A DNA stretch of 63,032 nucleotides, counting the filler, from Choristocarpus tenellus KU-1152 (taxonomy: Eukaryota; Protista; Phaeophyceae), in NCBI GenBank assembly GCA_964200185.2. It is 10 parts of 10 records of this genome, joined end to end, with 100 filler letters (N's around TTAATTAATTAA, not from the genome) between each part and the next. Parts side by side here need not be neighbours in the genome. Positions count along the whole stretch, not along the records: positions 59,083 to 63,032 come from CAXNAD020016982.1; 9 more parts are not named here. One strand, written 5' to 3'. The notes below the pieces were generated by a model, which did no database searches, was not told the DNA's origin, and saw nothing but the letters and a program-made list of their open reading frames with translations. The translations under genes were made by a program, and so were the position numbers. Below are positions 59,473-63,032 of this stretch, one piece after another. Within the stretch, counting starts at the first letter, position 1; each line of letters begins with the position of its first letter.

Positions 59473-61355
59473 ACTGGTACAACTACATAATCCGATAAGT
59501 CTGTAAACTATGGTGCCGAGGTGCCATTAAGTTCAACTTTGATACCGCCTTATACAGGGATAGAGACATCTATTGATTCTGATTATGAGAAAATGGGTGG
59601 GTTGAGAGCAGAGGGGAATAACAACCACGACATGTAAAGGGACAACAATGATGAACGCGATGACAATGCTGGTGGGGGTGATGAGGAAAGTGTAGGTGGT
59701 GGGGATAAGGAGGAGAGACATTGCCATGAGGAATAGAGAAAGATACAGAAGAGGGTTGACCTCAAGTGTCAGAGTGACATGTATGCGTTTCTCTTTGTGG
59801 ATAACTATCCCTTCATGAGTGGTCGCATCATTGATGTGGCACCACCGCCAGTCATTTTTGACACGTAAGGACATGGGTTGAAGATGGCTTGGGCAAGCCC
59901 TGATGACCTGCAGGAGATGTGCTCCAAACCAATTCAGTACATATTCCAACAGTATGCCGATCGACCCTTCTCTCCAGACTACATTACACTCATACCCCGG
60001 CAGAGGACAGAAGGACATGCAATGGAAATGCCAACATGGGTAGAAAAACGTTGCCCGAACAACAGGGGGATGACCATGACATGAGCTGGGAGTGGAGTTA
60101 AGGTGTAATTGAAACTTGTGACAAACCCCGCAAACGGCAAATACCACCAGGTATTATGGAACTCCTTGAAAATGGACAGGAAACCAAGTACCATGCTCAG
60201 CAATCTCAAATATCCTCAGTTACACTCGCCACTAAAAACAAGTGTTACACCCTTCACCCCCCTTCCCTCGTGTCATAAACGTAATACTACTATTAGCGAT
60301 CCTTTGCATCCTATCATTTATCTTCTCCTACCTGCGAGTTACCTCAAATTTTGTTGTAGCTTTACACAAGCGCTTAGCATATATAATACATACGTATGTA
60401 TTTGTGCTATGTGGGTCTAGTTGACGGATTTAGGTGAAGACATGTTTTTGCCTTTTCTTGGTGCTTTGTGGTGTTTGCATACTGTTCTTCTCAAATAGGT
60501 GCATCTCCACAGCCGACAGCAACTGCTTTGATCCTTGTGCATCATTTGTCTAGGCATTACCACCATTCAGTACTAGTAGCAGAAGCCACTATTGCTGCTA
60601 CTAGAATCACTACTCAACGCATTTGATCCCCCTGTCTTGTGTGGGACATGGTAATGATGAAGTGTAGAAAACATCAATCAATAATCAGCTCTCTTGTAGT
60701 GAGTATTGGTCCTGGGCCTGATGCCTCCTCTCTCCTTCCTCCAACACTGCTACTCTAATCTATTCTATTATTTGTTATCCTTACCATCATCGTAATAGTA
60801 GTAAATCACACTACTACTACTACTGCTAGTAGTAGTGGTGATACAAAAACAACACAGGGTAACACTGAACATACAGGGTTTATACCAAAAAAAAAGTCAA
60901 CAACAGGTATCATCATCGTCACAACACACCTCAACCAACAAATCGCACAGTGTAGTCCATTTCAGTTCCGCCTTGCAGAACTCAATGACAAAAAAAAAAC
61001 ACTTTCAAGGAAATATCATTTTTTTTTTTTAAATGAGGTACCCTAGGCTCAAATGTTCAGTGTCGCTTATACATGTAAAAACATATACATACATTTCTCT
61101 CTATATATATACGTGTCAGCTAAGAAAATCCAGGTATTGAATCCATCGCACACCCTTGATTCCATGTCACCACTACCGCCCTCCTTGCACATAGAAAAAA
61201 CAACCCATTGCTCTATTCCGCCTTTCAACCATGTCTCAAGACCTTCAGCAGTCGTATCACCATAGTCCGATTGGGAAATTTCAAACTGTCAATGTATAGG
61301 CAACGCAGCAAAAAAAGAAAAAAAAGAAAAGTGAAGCACAGTATCAGTCAGTCAG

Positions 61356-61493
61356 TCAGTGCCTGTCTGAAAAGAAGAACCCCTCTGCATCAATGAGAGT
61401 GAACTCTTCCTCGGACAAGGCCTGCAAGCCCTTCATCTTCATCTTAAGGTTGTACCGGTGGAGGTCAGACTTGAAGTGCTCTCGGTATGGTCC
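61356..61493 (-). CDS. Terminal exon with the second half of a C2H2 zinc finger (SBDS C-terminal / REI1-ZNF622 type)
   Basis: A CAG acceptor is followed by GPYREHFKSDLHRYNLKMKMKGLQALSEEEFTLIDAEGFFFSDRH*; HF(K/R)SDxHxYNLK is the signature of this finger. Confidence 0.75.
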   Translation of the reverse strand, partial: GPYREHFKSDLHRYNLKMKMKGLQALSEEEFTLIDAEGFFFSDRH

Positions 61494-62089
61494 CTGGATA
61501 GGTGATATGTGACAGGGGAGTTTTCGAAAAATCCAATGCAAAAGACGAGACGATAAAACCACAGACGGGTTAACATTATAGATGTGTTACATGGTGAGAG
61601 TAGGCGTGTTGAAGACCTCAGGAGCAGAGTGTGCTCTTGGTTATAGCTGGGGAAACAGACTTCGGTACACACATTTACAGGTTGATGTGGGTGGACATTT
61701 CAGGAGTGGGTATTATTGTATTGTGTGGCGGGGGCGGGGGGATATCATTTGGTGATTTAGGAACAGCACATGAGAAGACCCAACAGAGAGAGATACTGGT
61801 GATTTGTGATACTGATCTTCCCCTTGCTTCCTCCAAGCACTCAAAAGACTGACATCAAGGGCGACAAACCTTGGCCAGGGGATCCAACCAATGACTTTCT
61901 CACCTACCCCTTTTCTTCTTCCACATCCTGGTGAACCTTCATGGCTCCCTCGCCCTCTTCAACCAACCAACCAATGCCATTCACATCATTTTATACTCTA
62001 GGCTACCAACTCGAGGTGAATGTTGAGAATGGGGAACGACACCCAGGAATCCCAACTTCTGATCGAAATGGTCACATAATTACACTTTT

Positions 62090-62111
62090 CTAACCCTAAC
62101 CCTAACCCTAA
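62090..62111 (-). repeat. Short interstitial (TTAGGG)n-type repeat
   Basis: CTAACCCTAACCCTAACCCTAA. Confidence 0.7.
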
Positions 62112-63004
62112 CACTAAAATACTACTACGAGTTAGACCAGCACATCATGCATCACACACCACAGAAAAACAAAAGACCGGCGACAGAAGGAGCTCGACAA
62201 AACACAAGATGGAAATGGACTCTATCTAGACAAAAAATAAACAAGTAAAGAGGTCAGTCTGCTGGACTCACGGAACGCGGTCTGATTCTCGGCATGGATA
62301 ACTACACAGCACAATGCGTAACCGGCTCTAAATCATTGTGAAACAGAGTAGAGCGTTCAAGCTCATGCAGAGATCACCCTTCTTTTCAAGGGTGGGATGA
62401 AGGACCATTCGCGTCAGTAAACACGCCTTCCAGATGCGGAAATGATCGGACACGTACCCCCTCAAACGAAATGTGTACGAATGGGTAGGTAACGTAACTG
62501 TCACCGACTGACTCAAACGGCGGTTACATGTGCAATCTCTTGGCTTGAAAAAAAAAAATACAGAAGAGAATGAATACGCCTTTTCATACTCTAGTTAGAG
62601 CAAAAGTAGATTTGTAAGAAAAAGTGACCTCGGATGAAAGAGGGAGAAGCAATTATCGTATTATGAAGAATAGATGATACGGATGAGTTAATGAACTAAA
62701 CTAAAGGAGAGTTCAGGAATAGGTAAACATCGTAACAAGAAGTTGGTGACGAGATGTAAGTGATCAACGAATCTATATACATAGACAATTTCTTGATGAC
62801 AACACATACTTCTCTCCACCAAAATTTCTCCAAACTGTACTAAAGGGGGAAGGGGGCTGAGGCACGATAACCAAAGACACCCTTCGCCTCACATCTATAC
62901 CAACATCTGTTTTTAATACCAATAGCATCACAAAGGGGCTGTCAATAACCAGAGCCCAGATTAGGTACCAATGTGGGGCACAAAATCCACCGACAGAAAG
63001 TGCA

Positions 63005-63032
63005 GACCCAAAGTATCTGGGGTGGGGGGTGG
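63005..63032. mobile_element. MITE family B end at window end
   Basis: GACCCAAAGTATCTGGGGTGGGGGGTGG. Confidence 0.85.

Noticed and set aside
59860-60210. Possible integrase zinc-finger remnant (VHIPTVCRSTLLSRLH)
   Set aside because: The downstream H-G, W and CxxC motifs are missing; too degenerate to call.

Overview
This is eukaryotic nuclear DNA, almost certainly from a brown alga or related photosynthetic stramenopile. The inference rests on an LHCX gene with an ASAF-type bipartite plastid presequence, GT-AG introns and transposon relics of brown-algal type. The window is not contiguous: it is 10 short contigs joined by 9 artificial N44-TTAATTAATTAA-N44 linkers. Host genes, mostly partial and spliced: a cytosolic carboxypeptidase (CCP/AGBL), an unknown low-complexity/coiled-coil protein, the last exon of an FNR-family oxidoreductase, an intronless ankyrin-repeat protein, LHCX, a permuted papain-like (YaeF/YiiX, C92) amidase, a secreted glycosyltransferase-like protein, and a C2H2 (SBDS/REI1-type) terminal exon. 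Introns and intergenic DNA hold decayed mariner, hAT, Ty3/Gypsy and RLE-type non-LTR relics. The most striking signal is about 30 copies or fragments of short non-autonomous DNA transposons in four families (here A-D) with largely unrelated interiors. They share one end architecture: a G-R-S-Y-S-AAAG terminus plus an inner inverted motif about 30 bp from one end and about 40 bp from the other, a one-helical-turn asymmetry reminiscent of 12/23 RSS. They show mixed 3- and 4-bp target-site duplications, frequent nesting and adjacent deletions. No autonomous partner is visible in the window. All coordinates and family assignments were made by eye, without database searches.
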